From NCBI GenBank assembly GCA_965206645.1, contig CBDBKE010000004.1, positions 2,080,001-2,144,000 of the forward strand: a stretch of DNA of 64,000 bases, in the 5' to 3' direction. Of this stretch, positions 51,288 through 61,898 are shown one piece after another. Each line of letters opens with the position of its first letter. The stretch's first letter is position 1. Below the pieces are notes generated by a model. The model was not told the origin of the DNA. It ran no database searches and saw nothing but the letters and a program-made list of their open reading frames with translations. This stretch comes from Terriglobia bacterium (GTDB lineage Bacteria > Acidobacteriota > Terriglobia > JAJPHL01 > JAPKYU01). The translations under genes were made by a program, and so were the position numbers.

Positions 51288-51415
51288 TCAGGCGGGCCCA
51301 TACAGGTGGTAGAGCATCCAGTACACGATCACCCCGGTCACCGACACGTAGAGCCAAAGCGGGAGCGTCCAGCGGGCAATCCTCATGTGCTTCTCAAACT
51401 GTTCAGTCCAGGCAC
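51288..51415 (-). pseudogene. C-terminal scrap of a DUF420 membrane protein
   Basis: FEKHMRIARWTLPLWLYVSVTGVIVYWMLY. Confidence 0.75.
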
Positions 51416-51444
51416 GGTAGATTGTCATCAAGGCCTGGCGCTAA

Positions 51445-52464
51445 ATCTCCACCAAGACCACCAACTATCAGGGAGCCAAGCGTCTTCGGCGGAAAGCCCT
51501 GGAGGAACAAGAACAAGGGAGACTACCGGAGGGCGAGGTAGCGCGCTGGCCCTTCCAAAGGACGGCACAGGAATACCTAAAGGCAGCGGCTATCCGCCTA
51601 CGGCCTAGCAGCTTACGGAAGGAATCCTTTTTCCTGGTCCGCCCGCTGAAGCTTTTCGGGGCCGTTCCATGTGACCGGCTCACGGGTATACACATCCGGC
51701 GGCTGCAGTCCGACATGAAAGCAGCTCAGCGCCAGAACACCTACATCAACCTGGTCATGGGGGCGACGGCGCGAGTCCTGAAGTTCGCGAAGGTCTGGCG
51801 GCGCATTGAGGACGACGTGTCCCGTCTGCCGGAACGGAAGTCTCCCGTAGCTCGCGTCTTAAGCCCAGAGCAAAAGAAAAAGCTATTCGATGTAGCAGCG
51901 ACAAACCTCAATTGGACCTCAGCCTACGCAGCGACGCTGATTTCGGCCAACACCACCGCCCGAGGCTGTGACCTGCGGACCCTGCGGTGGCCTGATGTGG
52001 ATTGGTTCGAGCAAACCGTGTCCATTACCGACAGCAAGACAGAGGCCGGTGTGCGGCGGGTGCCTCTGAACAGAGATGCACTCGTTGGGTTCCGCATCTT
52101 GAAGGAGCGTGCCGCCAAACTGGGGATTGACGGCCCAGATTGCCATGTCTTTCCCGCCTGCGAACACTGGCATTATGACCCAAACCGTCCTCAGAAGACC
52201 TGGCGAAGTGCATGGCGCGCACTAACAAAGGCTGCGGGGCTCAAGGGGCTCAGATTCCATAACCTGCGGCACCAATGTGTAACTGAACTCCTGGAGAAGG
52301 GCGCCCCAGAGCAGACCGTCATGGCTCTTGCCGGCCACGTGTCTAAGCGGATGCTGGAACACTACAGCCACATTCGGATGGAGGCCAAGCGCAAGGCCGT
52401 CCAATTGCTGGCACCCGTGGCCGCAGACGAGGCAGAAAAGGCCGCTATTCCGAGGCCCAACTGA
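51445..52464 (+). pseudogene. Tyrosine integrase next to tRNA-Val; catalytic domain intact, N-terminus broken
   Basis: R (TTARGCDL), RFHNLRH, AGHVS, EHYSH. The frame stays open upstream of ATG 51715 to a TAA at 51442-51444, with no earlier start. Confidence 0.8.
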
Positions 52465-52538
52465 AGGTCTATGTGGAACTTTGTGTGGAACTCAGCCCTG
52501 CGAATGGAGGGCCGCTCCTGGCAAGCTACTGAAAAATA

Positions 52539-52615
52539 TGGTAGGCCCGAGCGGGCTCGAACCGCTGACCTCTACCGTGTCAAGGTAGCGCTCTAACCAA
52601 CTGAGCTACGGGCCT
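52539..52615 (-). tRNA. tRNA-Val(GAC)
   Basis: AGGCCCGTAGCTCAGTTGGTTAGAGCGCTACCTTGACACGGTAGAGGTCAGCGGTTCGAGCCCGCTCGGGCCTACCA; full cloverleaf. Confidence 0.97.
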
Positions 52616-52788
52616 ATTGTTGATGGTTTAATCAACTAGGCTTCGGAAGATTCTACCACGGTTCGTCTCGCCTCCGAGTTTGCTGCACAGGTCTGGCAAG
52701 ATGGAGAGAAGCCAGAGTCTAAGTGGTGGAAAAGAATCTGTGAAAAAAAGGAATGCTCCGCTGAGGGTCCGCGTCAACTCCTGGAATC

Positions 52789-53784
52789 TTACAGCAAGCG
52801 AAAGGTCACTTCGATCTGGGCGGACACGGGAACCGGCCGTCCGTCCTTCATGCCGGGCTTGAACTTCCACTGGAGCACGGCTTCCACGGCTTTTTCGTCC
52901 AGGCCCAAGCCAAGGCTGCGTTTCACGCGGATATTGCGGACCGCGCCGTGAATGTCCACCACGCAATAGATCAACACCGTTCCCTGGTACTTAGCCTTGC
53001 GGGCCTCTTCGGTGTACTCGGGCTCGACACGGTAAATCAACTGGGGCGCACTGACGCCGCCACCCGCTCGGAACACTCCGCCGCCGATGCCGCCACCCTC
53101 CCCCGGTCCAACGCCGCCGCCTCGTCCGGACCCGACACCGCCACCGTACCCAGAACCGATCCCGCCGCCACCCCCGGGACCACTGGAAGGCGGACCCAGC
53201 GCGCCTAGCGGATCGCCAAACTGCGCAATGTTGGTCTGTGGCAGCTTAATGTCGGGCGGGACCAGCAGCGTGGGGTCCACCGCCAGTTCCGGGTCTTCGT
53301 TGCGGATGATCACGGTGGGGGGCGTTAACTGTTCCATGGCAAATCGAGGCAGGCGCCCCTTGGAAGCCGGTTCGGGCGAGCGGTCGCCTCCGCCCCCACC
53401 GCCGCCGGACTCTTTCGCTGAGGCGGGCAATTGCGACAGGTACGGAGATATGTCAAGCACCTGGGCGAGTTTGTCCTTGGCGTCGACCACCACCTCACCC
53501 ACCTTGGGAGCGAAGATCACCAAAGCCGCAATCATGATCCCATGAAGCAACACCGACATCGGCCCGGAGATCTTTCCGTAGCGATACTGCCCCCAGATGT
53601 CTTTCACGGCAACCGGCCGGGACGTCACCCGCAGGGGCGGTGGCTTCTTGGCAAACAGCCATTGGATGTTGCTCTTCAGGGAGAGGTACCAGGGCTCGTC
53701 GGTCTCCACCAGCAGGCGTCGCAGGTGCAGGTTAGGGTCATCCGGCGAAAGCCGGGTGCGACGAGGAGTGGCCATATTGTCCAT
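52789..53784 (-). CDS. tonB: Energy transducer TonB
   Basis: TM, Gly/Pro-rich linker, C-terminal PEYTEEARKAKYQG.V..GLDEKAVEAV.QWKFKPG. Confidence 0.9.
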   Translation of the reverse strand: MDNMATPRRTRLSPDDPNLHLRRLLVETDEPWYLSLKSNIQWLFAKKPPPLRVTSRPVAVKDIWGQYRYGKISGPMSVLLHGIMIAALVIFAPKVGEVVVDAKDKLAQVLDISPYLSQLPASAKESGGGGGGGDRSPEPASKGRLPRFAMEQLTPPTVIIRNEDPELAVDPTLLVPPDIKLPQTNIAQFGDPLGALGPPSSGPGGGGGIGSGYGGGVGSGRGGGVGPGEGGGIGGGVFRAGGGVSAPQLIYRVEPEYTEEARKAKYQGTVLIYCVVDIHGAVRNIRVKRSLGLGLDEKAVEAVLQWKFKPGMKDGRPVPVSAQIEVTFRLL

Positions 53785-54113
53785 CAGAACGAATCGCCTC
53801 TGGCGGCCGTTAGCCGCCCACGGCTCCTTCCGGAACCGATCTAGCCGAGCAGCGCGATCTAACTTGCGCGCCGCTCAAGATGTACCAAACTCCCGCGTAC
53901 TTGTCCAGGGGGCCCGTCTCACATACTCTCATTGTACACCGGCCTGCGCCCCCCACAAATCCAAGGGGGGACCCACTAGGTTAGACGCGGCTTTCGCCAC
54001 AAGAGTTTCGCAACCTGTGACTCCGGCTGGATTGCCGGTCCGCCGATGCCACAGTCGCCCGATGCTATAATCGAGCATTGCGCTCCGCGTAACCGGAGCA
54101 GCCCGGAGCAGCT

Positions 54114-56999
54114 ATGAAAGCCCCAGTGGACCTGAAGCTCACCATCAACCTGCCGCGAACCAACTTTCCTATGAAAGCCAACCTGCCCCAGCGTGAGCCC
54201 GGGGTCCTGGAGCGCTGGGAACGCGACCGGCTCTACGAACGCATCCGGCAACGACGCCAGGGCGCGCCGCTTTTCATCTTGCACGACGGGCCGCCCTACG
54301 CCAATGGCAAGATCCACCTGGGCACGGCGCAGAACAAGATCGTCAAGGACCTGATCGTGAAGTCGCGCACGATGGCCGGTTTCGATGCTCCCTTCGTGCC
54401 CGGCTGGGATTGCCACGGCTTGCCCATCGAGATCAAGGTGGATCAGGAACTGGGCGAACAAAAAGCGCAGATGTCGGCTTATGAGATTCGCCAGCACTGC
54501 CGCCGCTACGCCGAGAAACACGTCGATCTGCAGCGCGAGGACTTCAAGCGGCTCGGCGCCTTCGGCCAGTGGAGCAATCCCTACCTAACGATGAGCGCCG
54601 AATACCAAGCCACCATTGCCGGGGCTTTCCTGACGTTCTTGGAGAAGGGATACGTCTACAAGGGCCTGAAATCAGTGCATTGGTGCATCCATGACGTGAC
54701 GGCACTGGCCGAGGCCGAAGTGGAGTATGAGGAGCACGAAAGCCTGTCGGTATGGGTGGTATTCCCCCAGGCCGAAGGCGATCCGCAACGCTTTGGCCCC
54801 AATCTGCGCGCCATCATTTGGACGACCACGCCCTGGACGCTGCCGGCCAACATGGCCCTGACGGTTCACGCCGACTACGTCTACGTCATCCGGGAGGCCA
54901 GTGACGGCCACACCTACCTGCTGGCCCGTGAGCTGGCCGGTCCTGTGGCCGAAAAGACCGGCCTCCAGTGGGGCGTCGTCCGAGCAGAAGTGCGCGGCGG
55001 GGAACTGGAAGGCATGCGGTTCCGCCATCCTTTCGTCGAGCGCGAGGTGCCGGTAATCCTGGGGCCGCACGTCACGTTGGACCAAGGAAGCGGCATCGTG
55101 CACACTGCTCCCGGGCACGGCTACGAAGACTACGTGGTCGGGCAGCGGTACGGCATCCCGATCTATTGCCCGGTAGATGAGCACGGTCGCTTCACTCCCG
55201 AGGCCGGAGAATTGGCCGGCCGCCAGGTCTTTGAGGCCAACCCGGAAGTCGTCCAGTTGCTGCGCGCGCGCGGCATGCTGCTGGCCGCCGAGCAGATACG
55301 CCACTCCTACCCGCACTGCTGGCGCTGCCACAACCCCACCATCTTTCGAGCGACCAACCAGTGGTTTATCGGTATGGAACACAACGAGCTGCGTCGGCGG
55401 GCGATGGAGGAAGCGGGGAAAGTGAAATGGTCCCCGGCCTGGGGCGCCGAGCGCATGTCGCAGATGCTGGCCACTCGGCCCGACTGGTGCATTTCCCGCC
55501 AGCGCGTCTGGGGCGTGCCCATCGTGGCCTTCTACTGCGAGGGTTGCAGCGAGCGGCTCGCCGACTTGGCCGCGCTCCGGCACACAGTGGCCATCTTCGC
55601 CCGGGAGAGCGCCGACGCCTGGTACTTACGGCCGGCGCGCGAATTGCTGCCTGAAGGCACCCACTGCGCCCGCTGCGGCCACGGCGAATTCCGCAAAGAG
55701 AGCGACATCCTGGATGTGTGGTTTGACTCCGGCTCCAGCCACCTGGCCGTGCTGGGACACAGCGACGAGCTCCCCTGGCCAGCCGACCAGTATGTGGAAG
55801 GTGCTGACCAGTATCGGGGTTGGTTCCATAGTTCGCTGCTGGTCGGGCTGGGAGTGCACAACGCAGCACCCTACCGGCAGGTAACCACCACCGGCTGGGT
55901 GCTGGATGCACAAGGGCATGCCATGTCCAAGTCGCTCGGCAACGTAATCCTGCCCCAGGAAGTCTGGCAAAAGTACGGGGCCGAGATCCTCCGCCTTTGG
56001 GTGGCCTCGGTGGACTTTCGCGAGGACATGCGCATCTCCGAAGAGGCGCTGAGCCGCCTAGCCGAGGCCTACCGGAAAATCCGCAACACCTTCCGGTTCG
56101 CCCTCAGCAACCTCTCCGATTTTTCGCCGGAGCGCGACGCGGTGCCCGCCGCCGAGCTACGCGACCTGGACCGCTGGGCCCTGGTCCGGGCGGCTGAGCT
56201 GGTGGAACGCTGCCACGTCTGGTACCGTGAGCAGGCTTTCCATAAGGTCTATCACGCCGCCTACGACTTCTGCACCGTCCAGCTCAGCTCCTTCTACTTC
56301 GATGTGCTGAAGGACCGCCTGTACACCTCGCCGTCCGCCTCCCACGCCCGGCGCAGCGCCCAGACCGCCTTCTACCTGCTCGCCGAAGCCCTGTTGCGCG
56401 TGCTGGCGCCTGTGCTCTGCTTTACAAGCGAGGAGGCCTGGAGTTTCCTGCCCAAGCGGGCCGGCGCGCCTGCCGGCGCGCCTGATAGCGTGCACCTGAC
56501 CGATTTGCCTCGCGGCGAAGAACTCACCCAGGGCATCACCGCGGAGCAGCTGGAACGACTCCAGGATTGGGACCGTCTCCTGGTCGTGCGCTCCGAGGTC
56601 CTGAAAGCGCTGGAAGCCGCGCGCAACGAGAAGCAGATTGGCTCATCGCTGGAAGCGCGAGTGATCCTGGCCGCCGATGGCGAGTGGAGCGGGCTGCTGG
56701 AGCAGTACCGCGCCGAGCTCCCGATGCTGTTCATCGTCTCGCAGGTGGACCTGGTTCAGGACGGGCTGCCAGCAACGCAGCCCTCGCCGGTGCCTGGCGT
56801 GTTGCCGGGCACCGCGCAGGACGTGCTGCTGCGCGCCTTGGCGCCGGTGCGCGTAGTCATCCAGCGCGCCACCGGGGAGAAGTGCCAGCGCTGCTGGAAT
56901 TATTCGGTGCATGTGGGCGAAAATGAAGAGTACCCCACGGTGTGCGAACGGTGCGCGGCGGCGCTTCAGGAAATCACGGCTTCAGGAAATGACGAATGA
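54114..56999 (+). CDS. ileS: Isoleucine--tRNA ligase
   Basis: HDGPPYANG.IHLG, PGWDCHGLPIE, WTTTPWTLP, DWCISRQR.WGVP, AMSKSLGN, C-terminal zinc finger. Confidence 0.98.
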   Translation: MKAPVDLKLTINLPRTNFPMKANLPQREPGVLERWERDRLYERIRQRRQGAPLFILHDGPPYANGKIHLGTAQNKIVKDLIVKSRTMAGFDAPFVPGWDCHGLPIEIKVDQELGEQKAQMSAYEIRQHCRRYAEKHVDLQREDFKRLGAFGQWSNPYLTMSAEYQATIAGAFLTFLEKGYVYKGLKSVHWCIHDVTALAEAEVEYEEHESLSVWVVFPQAEGDPQRFGPNLRAIIWTTTPWTLPANMALTVHADYVYVIREASDGHTYLLARELAGPVAEKTGLQWGVVRAEVRGGELEGMRFRHPFVEREVPVILGPHVTLDQGSGIVHTAPGHGYEDYVVGQRYGIPIYCPVDEHGRFTPEAGELAGRQVFEANPEVVQLLRARGMLLAAEQIRHSYPHCWRCHNPTIFRATNQWFIGMEHNELRRRAMEEAGKVKWSPAWGAERMSQMLATRPDWCISRQRVWGVPIVAFYCEGCSERLADLAALRHTVAIFARESADAWYLRPARELLPEGTHCARCGHGEFRKESDILDVWFDSGSSHLAVLGHSDELPWPADQYVEGADQYRGWFHSSLLVGLGVHNAAPYRQVTTTGWVLDAQGHAMSKSLGNVILPQEVWQKYGAEILRLWVASVDFREDMRISEEALSRLAEAYRKIRNTFRFALSNLSDFSPERDAVPAAELRDLDRWALVRAAELVERCHVWYREQAFHKVYHAAYDFCTVQLSSFYFDVLKDRLYTSPSASHARRSAQTAFYLLAEALLRVLAPVLCFTSEEAWSFLPKRAGAPAGAPDSVHLTDLPRGEELTQGITAEQLERLQDWDRLLVVRSEVLKALEAARNEKQIGSSLEARVILAADGEWSGLLEQYRAELPMLFIVSQVDLVQDGLPATQPSPVPGVLPGTAQDVLLRALAPVRVVIQRATGEKCQRCWNYSVHVGENEEYPTVCERCAAALQEITASGNDE

Positions 57000-57080
57000 A
57001 GAGTGATGAGTCCCTCAGGAACATCGCTCTTAACACCCGGAATGCCTGACGTTTCATTCCTGACTCTGCACTCTTAACCA

Positions 57081-57635
57081 ATGCGCGGGCTCCACTTACT
57101 AATTGCGCTGGCGGTGTTCACGCTGGACCAGGCCACCAAGGCCGTCGTCGAAGCCCGGATTCCTCTGCATGACGTCCGTCCGGTCATCCCCGGGCTGTTT
57201 CAGCTCACCCACGTGAAAAACCGCGGCGCTGCCTTCGGCCTCTTTGCTGACTCCCCGTCCGAGCTGAAGATCGTACTGCTGATTGCGGTTTCCGTGCTGG
57301 CGCTGGGCCTGGTGCTGGTGCTGCTGTGGCGCCACCAACCCGGAGCTTGGCCCGGAGCTTGGCGCACCGGGGTGGGACTGGCGCTGATTTTGGGCGGCGC
57401 CACTGGCAATTTGTTTGACCGGCTGCTGCATGGCAGCGTGGTGGACTTCCTGGACTTTTACCTGCGGAGTTATCACTGGCCTGCTTTCAACGTGGCTGAC
57501 AGCGCGATTGTTGTCGGAGCCGGATTGCTGGTCCTGGACATGCTTCTCAGTCCGACCGCCAGGGTCGAGCCCGTCTTAAGCGAGAGCCAAGCGAGGGCTA
57601 AGCGAGGGCCAAGCGAAGGCCAAGCGAGGGTTTAA
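57081..57635 (+). CDS. lspA: Signal peptidase II
   Basis: DQATK, NRGAAFG, GNLFDR..G.VVDF, WPAFNVADS. Confidence 0.96.
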   Translation: MRGLHLLIALAVFTLDQATKAVVEARIPLHDVRPVIPGLFQLTHVKNRGAAFGLFADSPSELKIVLLIAVSVLALGLVLVLLWRHQPGAWPGAWRTGVGLALILGGATGNLFDRLLHGSVVDFLDFYLRSYHWPAFNVADSAIVVGAGLLVLDMLLSPTARVEPVLSESQARAKRGPSEGQARV

Positions 57636-58448
57636 TTGTACCCCAAGCTATTCACCATCGGCGATTTTGTCCAACACACCTACGGCCTGCTGGTGGCTTT
57701 GGGTTTCGTGGTGGCTTTGTGGCTCGTCACGAGGTTGGCGCGGCGGGACGGCCTGGATGCAGACCGCGTCTTCAACCTCGCCGTTTACTCGGCTCTGGCG
57801 GGGTTCCTGGGGGCCAAGCTCCTATTCTTGGTGACCGACTGGGAATATTACATGCTGAATCCTCGACAGGCGCTCTCTTTGCAGTCCCTGCAGGCGGGCG
57901 GTGTGTTCTACGGGGGGTTTCTGGGCGCAGTGATTTTTGCAGCCTGGTACACCAGGCGCGCCCGGCTTCCGTTTTGGAAAACCGGTGATGCCGTCGTGCC
58001 GGCTGTGGCGTTGGGTCACGCAGTGGGCCGGCTTGGCTGCTTTTCGGCCGGCTGCTGTTGGGGGACGCCTTCCACTTTACCCTGGGCCGTTACCTTCACC
58101 GACCCCTATGCCCACCAAACGTTCGGCGTGCCTCTGGGCATCCCGCTGCACCCGACCCAATTGTACGAAGCCGCTGCCGAGGCGCTGATCTTCCTTTTCC
58201 TGCTGTGGCAACGCAAGCACAAGAGCTTCGACGGGCAGGTTTTCGCGTTGTATCTGGCGCTCTATGGCGCGGCGCGTTTTGGGCTGGAGTTTCTTCGCGA
58301 TGACCCTGAGCGCGGCTTCTTGTTCGGCGGCTTGCTTTCCACGTCCCAGTTCATCGCCCTACTCTTGATCGCGGCCAGCGCCGTCCTGTGGTACTGGAAG
58401 CGGCCAGCGCGGGCGGCCGCCCCGGCCAGCCGCCCCACGCGTGGCTAA
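57636..58448 (+). CDS. lgt: Prolipoprotein diacylglyceryl transferase
   Basis: GGVFYGG, GRLGCF..GCC.G, HPTQLYE, RF.LEFLR. Confidence 0.95.
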   Translation: MYPKLFTIGDFVQHTYGLLVALGFVVALWLVTRLARRDGLDADRVFNLAVYSALAGFLGAKLLFLVTDWEYYMLNPRQALSLQSLQAGGVFYGGFLGAVIFAAWYTRRARLPFWKTGDAVVPAVALGHAVGRLGCFSAGCCWGTPSTLPWAVTFTDPYAHQTFGVPLGIPLHPTQLYEAAAEALIFLFLLWQRKHKSFDGQVFALYLALYGAARFGLEFLRDDPERGFLFGGLLSTSQFIALLLIAASAVLWYWKRPARAAAPASRPTRG

Positions 58449-58544
58449 CGCGCTTGCTATCAATAACTTGCTTTGGGGCTTTCTTTGGGTTCTGAACAGG
58501 GGGTTCTGGACGGGCGGGCCTCGCTGTTCCACACTAAGTTTGTG

Positions 58545-59450
58545 ATGCGAGATTTTGTCGCCCAACCGACAGACGCAGGCAAACGCCTCGATCAGTTCCT
58601 GGTCGAACAACTGGTGGACGTGAGCCGCGTTCGCGCTCAGCGCCTGCTGCGTGCGGGCCGGGTGCAGATGAACGGCAAAGCAGCCAAAGTCAGCTACCGG
58701 CTCCGGGGCGGTGAGCAGATTTCGCTGGATTGGGAACCTTCTGGCCCCCTCCGCGCCTTGCCCGAAGATATCCCTCTGAAAGTCATTTACGAGGACGACG
58801 AGCTGGTGGCGGTGGACAAGCCGGCGGGGATGGTGGTGCATCCTGGAGCGGGCCGCCTCTCGGGCACGTTAATCAACGCGCTGCTGCACCGGTTTGAGGC
58901 CCTGTCCCAACTAGGCGGTGAGTCCCGCCCCGGCATCGTTCACCGCCTGGATCGCCAGACCAGCGGCGTGCTCCTGGTTGCCAAGAACGACGTCGCCCAC
59001 CGCCGCATGGCCGATCAGTTCCGCACCCGCGCCGTCGTAAAAACCTACCTGGCTCTGGTGCACGGCGTGGTCGAGCCGGAGCAGGACCAGATCACCGCTC
59101 CCATTGCCCGCGACCTATGGAGGCGGCGCCGTATGACCGCTCGTCGCAAAGGGACTAAAGCCCGCGAGGCTCTCACCGAATACAAGGTGCTTCGCCGCCT
59201 GCCCCGGTTCACTCTGCTGAAAGTCACCCTGCATACGGGCCGCACGCATCAGGCTCGGGTGCACTTGGCCAGCCGGGGACACCCCGTTGTGGGCGACACG
59301 CTCTACGGGGCCCCAGGCGGGCTGCTGGACCGCAACTTTCTCCACGCCGCCTCGATCGCTTTCCAGCACCCGCGCACCGGCCAGACGTTGGAAATCTCCG
59401 CGCCCCTGCCGCCCGAGCTGGAGAGGTTTCTCGCATCCAACGCGGAATAA
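58545..59450 (+). CDS. rluD: RluA-family 23S rRNA pseudouridine synthase with S4 domain
   Basis: RLDQFL S4 domain, DKPAGMVVHP, RPGIVHRLDRQTSG, TGRTHQ.RVH, GDTLYG. Confidence 0.9.
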   Translation: MRDFVAQPTDAGKRLDQFLVEQLVDVSRVRAQRLLRAGRVQMNGKAAKVSYRLRGGEQISLDWEPSGPLRALPEDIPLKVIYEDDELVAVDKPAGMVVHPGAGRLSGTLINALLHRFEALSQLGGESRPGIVHRLDRQTSGVLLVAKNDVAHRRMADQFRTRAVVKTYLALVHGVVEPEQDQITAPIARDLWRRRRMTARRKGTKAREALTEYKVLRRLPRFTLLKVTLHTGRTHQARVHLASRGHPVVGDTLYGAPGGLLDRNFLHAASIAFQHPRTGQTLEISAPLPPELERFLASNAE

Positions 59451-59636
59451 CATTGCGGCTCCTCTGTGTTGCCGCGGCACTGCTTGCGTCGTTGGGAGCC
59501 AGTCCGGCGTGAGGGGCCCACCGCGTATAATGCTACCTGCCGAAGTGTGGATTCAGCCGAGGCTGGCAAGCTTTGCTATAATCGAGCAAGGAGTTTTTGC
59601 CCGGTGTTGGGTCCTATGACCCCGGTGTTGCGTCCT

Positions 59637-60569
59637 ATGACAAAGTCACTCGCCCTTGTCTTCATTCTCAATGCGATTTGCCTTGCAGCCCAAAATCGGG
59701 CGGTACAGCCGCAAGGTTCCGAGCGCTCCGGAGGTGGCGATGCCAACATTCGCATCCGTGTGGATCGCGTGCCGGTGCTGTTCAGCGCTTTGGACCGCAA
59801 GGACCGCTACATCACCGATCTGACCCGCGATGAGATCGCGGTGTACGACAGCAAGAAGAAGCAGGAAATCATCGAGTTCACCAGGGAGACCGACCTGCCT
59901 CTGCGTATCGCATTGTTGATTGACACCAGCAACAGCATCCGGAACCGTTTCCGGTTCGAGCAGGCAGCGGCTATCGAGTTCCTGCAGGCGGTGCTGCGCC
60001 CCGAAATGGACCGCGCATTCCTGGTGGCCTTCGACACGAACGTCGAAGTGGTCCAGGATTTCACCGACGACATTAATAAACTCCGCACCGGAATCGAGTC
60101 GCTTCGCGCCGGTGGAGGCACCGCTCTCTATGACGCCATCTACCATGCTGTCCTCGAAAAACTGATGAAGGCAGAACCGGAGGGCAGTGTGCGACGCACG
60201 ATTGTTCTGCTCAGTGACGGCGAAGACAACCAGAGCCGGGTCACCCGGGAGGAGACCCTGGAGATGGCCCAGCGGGGCGAGGTCACCATCTACGTCATCG
60301 GAACCAACATCACTCGCATCCAGCGGCGAGGCGACAAGGTCTTGCGGCGGTTCGCGGAACAAACCGGCGGACGTATCTTTTTCCCCTTCAAGTTGACCGA
60401 CTTAACCAGTTCCTTCCGGCAGATTGGCCACGAGCTTCGGAGCCAGTACGTACTGCTGTTCCGACCCAGTACGCCGCGTGACGGCGCCTTCCATACCATC
60501 AAGGTGGTGGCCCGGCGCAAGGGTGTCACCGTACGCGCTCGCAAAGGCTATTATGCGCTGGAGGAGTAG
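59637..60569 (+). CDS. VWA domain protein (acidobacterial type)
   Basis: MIDAS DTSNS, GGTALYDAI, LLSDGEDNQS, ELRSQY.L, ARKGYY. Confidence 0.88.
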   Translation: MTKSLALVFILNAICLAAQNRAVQPQGSERSGGGDANIRIRVDRVPVLFSALDRKDRYITDLTRDEIAVYDSKKKQEIIEFTRETDLPLRIALLIDTSNSIRNRFRFEQAAAIEFLQAVLRPEMDRAFLVAFDTNVEVVQDFTDDINKLRTGIESLRAGGGTALYDAIYHAVLEKLMKAEPEGSVRRTIVLLSDGEDNQSRVTREETLEMAQRGEVTIYVIGTNITRIQRRGDKVLRRFAEQTGGRIFFPFKLTDLTSSFRQIGHELRSQYVLLFRPSTPRDGAFHTIKVVARRKGVTVRARKGYYALEE

Positions 60570-60745
60570 GTCTGCCGGCGGACCCCGCCGACGGACCCTG
60601 GAGGTGAAGATTGGCCCGCGCCTCGGCCGGTCACCCGCGCCCCAGTAGCATTCCAGGCGGGCCTGTAGTATAACCGCAAGGAACATTCCACCCAGGGAAT
60701 ACCCTGACCGCCGTGGCTGGCGCGGCAGAAACGTAGCAGGGCAGT

Positions 60746-61837
60746 ATGGCAGACGAGCGGCAAGAGAAGACCCGGGCCCTGGAGCTGGCGCTCTCGCAGA
60801 TCGAGAAGCAGTTCGGCAAGGGCTCCATCATGCGGTTGGGAGCCCGGGAAGCTCTGGTCCCGGTCGCGGTCATTCCCACCGGCTCGCTGGCGCTAGACGC
60901 GGCGCTGGGCGTGGGTGGCGTGCCGCGGGGTCGCGTCATCGAGATCTTCGGTCCGGAGGCGAGCGGCAAGACTACGCTCGCCCTCCAAGTGGTCGCCCAG
61001 GCACAAAAGCAGGGGGGAATGGCCGCTTTCGTGGATGCCGAGCATGCACTGGATCCGGCCTATTCCCGCCGGCTGGGCGTGGACGTGGACAACCTGCTGG
61101 TCTCGCAACCGGATTACGGCGAGCAGGCACTGGAGATTGCTGAAGCCCTGGTGCGCTCTAGCGCCATTGACGTGGTGGTGGTGGACTCGGTGGCGGCTCT
61201 GGTGCCAAAGGCGGAGCTGGACGGCGAGATGGGCGAGCCGACCATGGGCTTGCAGGCCCGGCTGATGTCGCAGGCTCTGCGCAAGCTCACCGCCATCGTT
61301 TCCAAGTCCAGGACCAGCCTGGTCTTTATCAACCAGGTCCGGGAAAAAATTGGAGTCATGTTCGGCAACCCGGAGACCACCACCGGCGGGCGCGCGCTGA
61401 AGTTTTATTCCTCAATGCGCGTGGACATCCGCCGCATCGCCGCATTGAAGGACGGCGACGTGATCATCGGCAACCGGACCAAATGCAAGGTGGTAAAAAA
61501 CAAGCTGGCCGCCCCGTTCCGCAACGCGGAATTTGACATCCTCTACGGCGAAGGGATTTCCCGCGAGGGCGACCTGCTGGATTTGGGTGTGGAGAAGGGA
61601 CTGGTTGAGAAGAGTGGCTCCTGGTTCTCCTTCCGCAGCGAACGCATCGGGCAGGGGCGCGAGAACGCCCGGTTATTCCTCAAAGAAAACAAGGATATCT
61701 GCGAGCAACTGGAACGGGAAGTGCGCAAGGTGCTGGGGCTTCCCGAACCCGCCGCCGCTGCGGCTGGCCCTGTGCCGGCAAGCCCTCCCTCCGCGACCCC
61801 GCCTACTCCGCCGCGCGGCAAAGCAGTGACGCGGTAA
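60746..61837 (+). CDS. recA: Recombinase RecA
   Basis: [48 protein letters not shown]. Confidence 0.99.
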   Translation: MADERQEKTRALELALSQIEKQFGKGSIMRLGAREALVPVAVIPTGSLALDAALGVGGVPRGRVIEIFGPEASGKTTLALQVVAQAQKQGGMAAFVDAEHALDPAYSRRLGVDVDNLLVSQPDYGEQALEIAEALVRSSAIDVVVVDSVAALVPKAELDGEMGEPTMGLQARLMSQALRKLTAIVSKSRTSLVFINQVREKIGVMFGNPETTTGGRALKFYSSMRVDIRRIAALKDGDVIIGNRTKCKVVKNKLAAPFRNAEFDILYGEGISREGDLLDLGVEKGLVEKSGSWFSFRSERIGQGRENARLFLKENKDICEQLEREVRKVLGLPEPAAAAAGPVPASPPSATPPTPPRGKAVTR

Positions 61838-61898
61838 GGCCAACAAGACCAGCAAAAAGCGGCTCTCCTCCCGGTTTCCGTTACCCCCGTTTCCACCT

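Noticed and set aside
53087-53545. Pro-rich plus-strand ORF and Gly-codon repeats
   Set aside because: Antisense of the normal Gly-rich TonB linker.
53790-54113. T-box riboswitch upstream of ileS
   Set aside because: No AAGGTGGNACC T-box motif or terminator/antiterminator was recognisable.
60570-60745. LexA box upstream of recA
   Set aside because: No GTTC-N7-GTTC, GAAC-N4-GTTC or CTGT-N8-ACAG match was found by eye.
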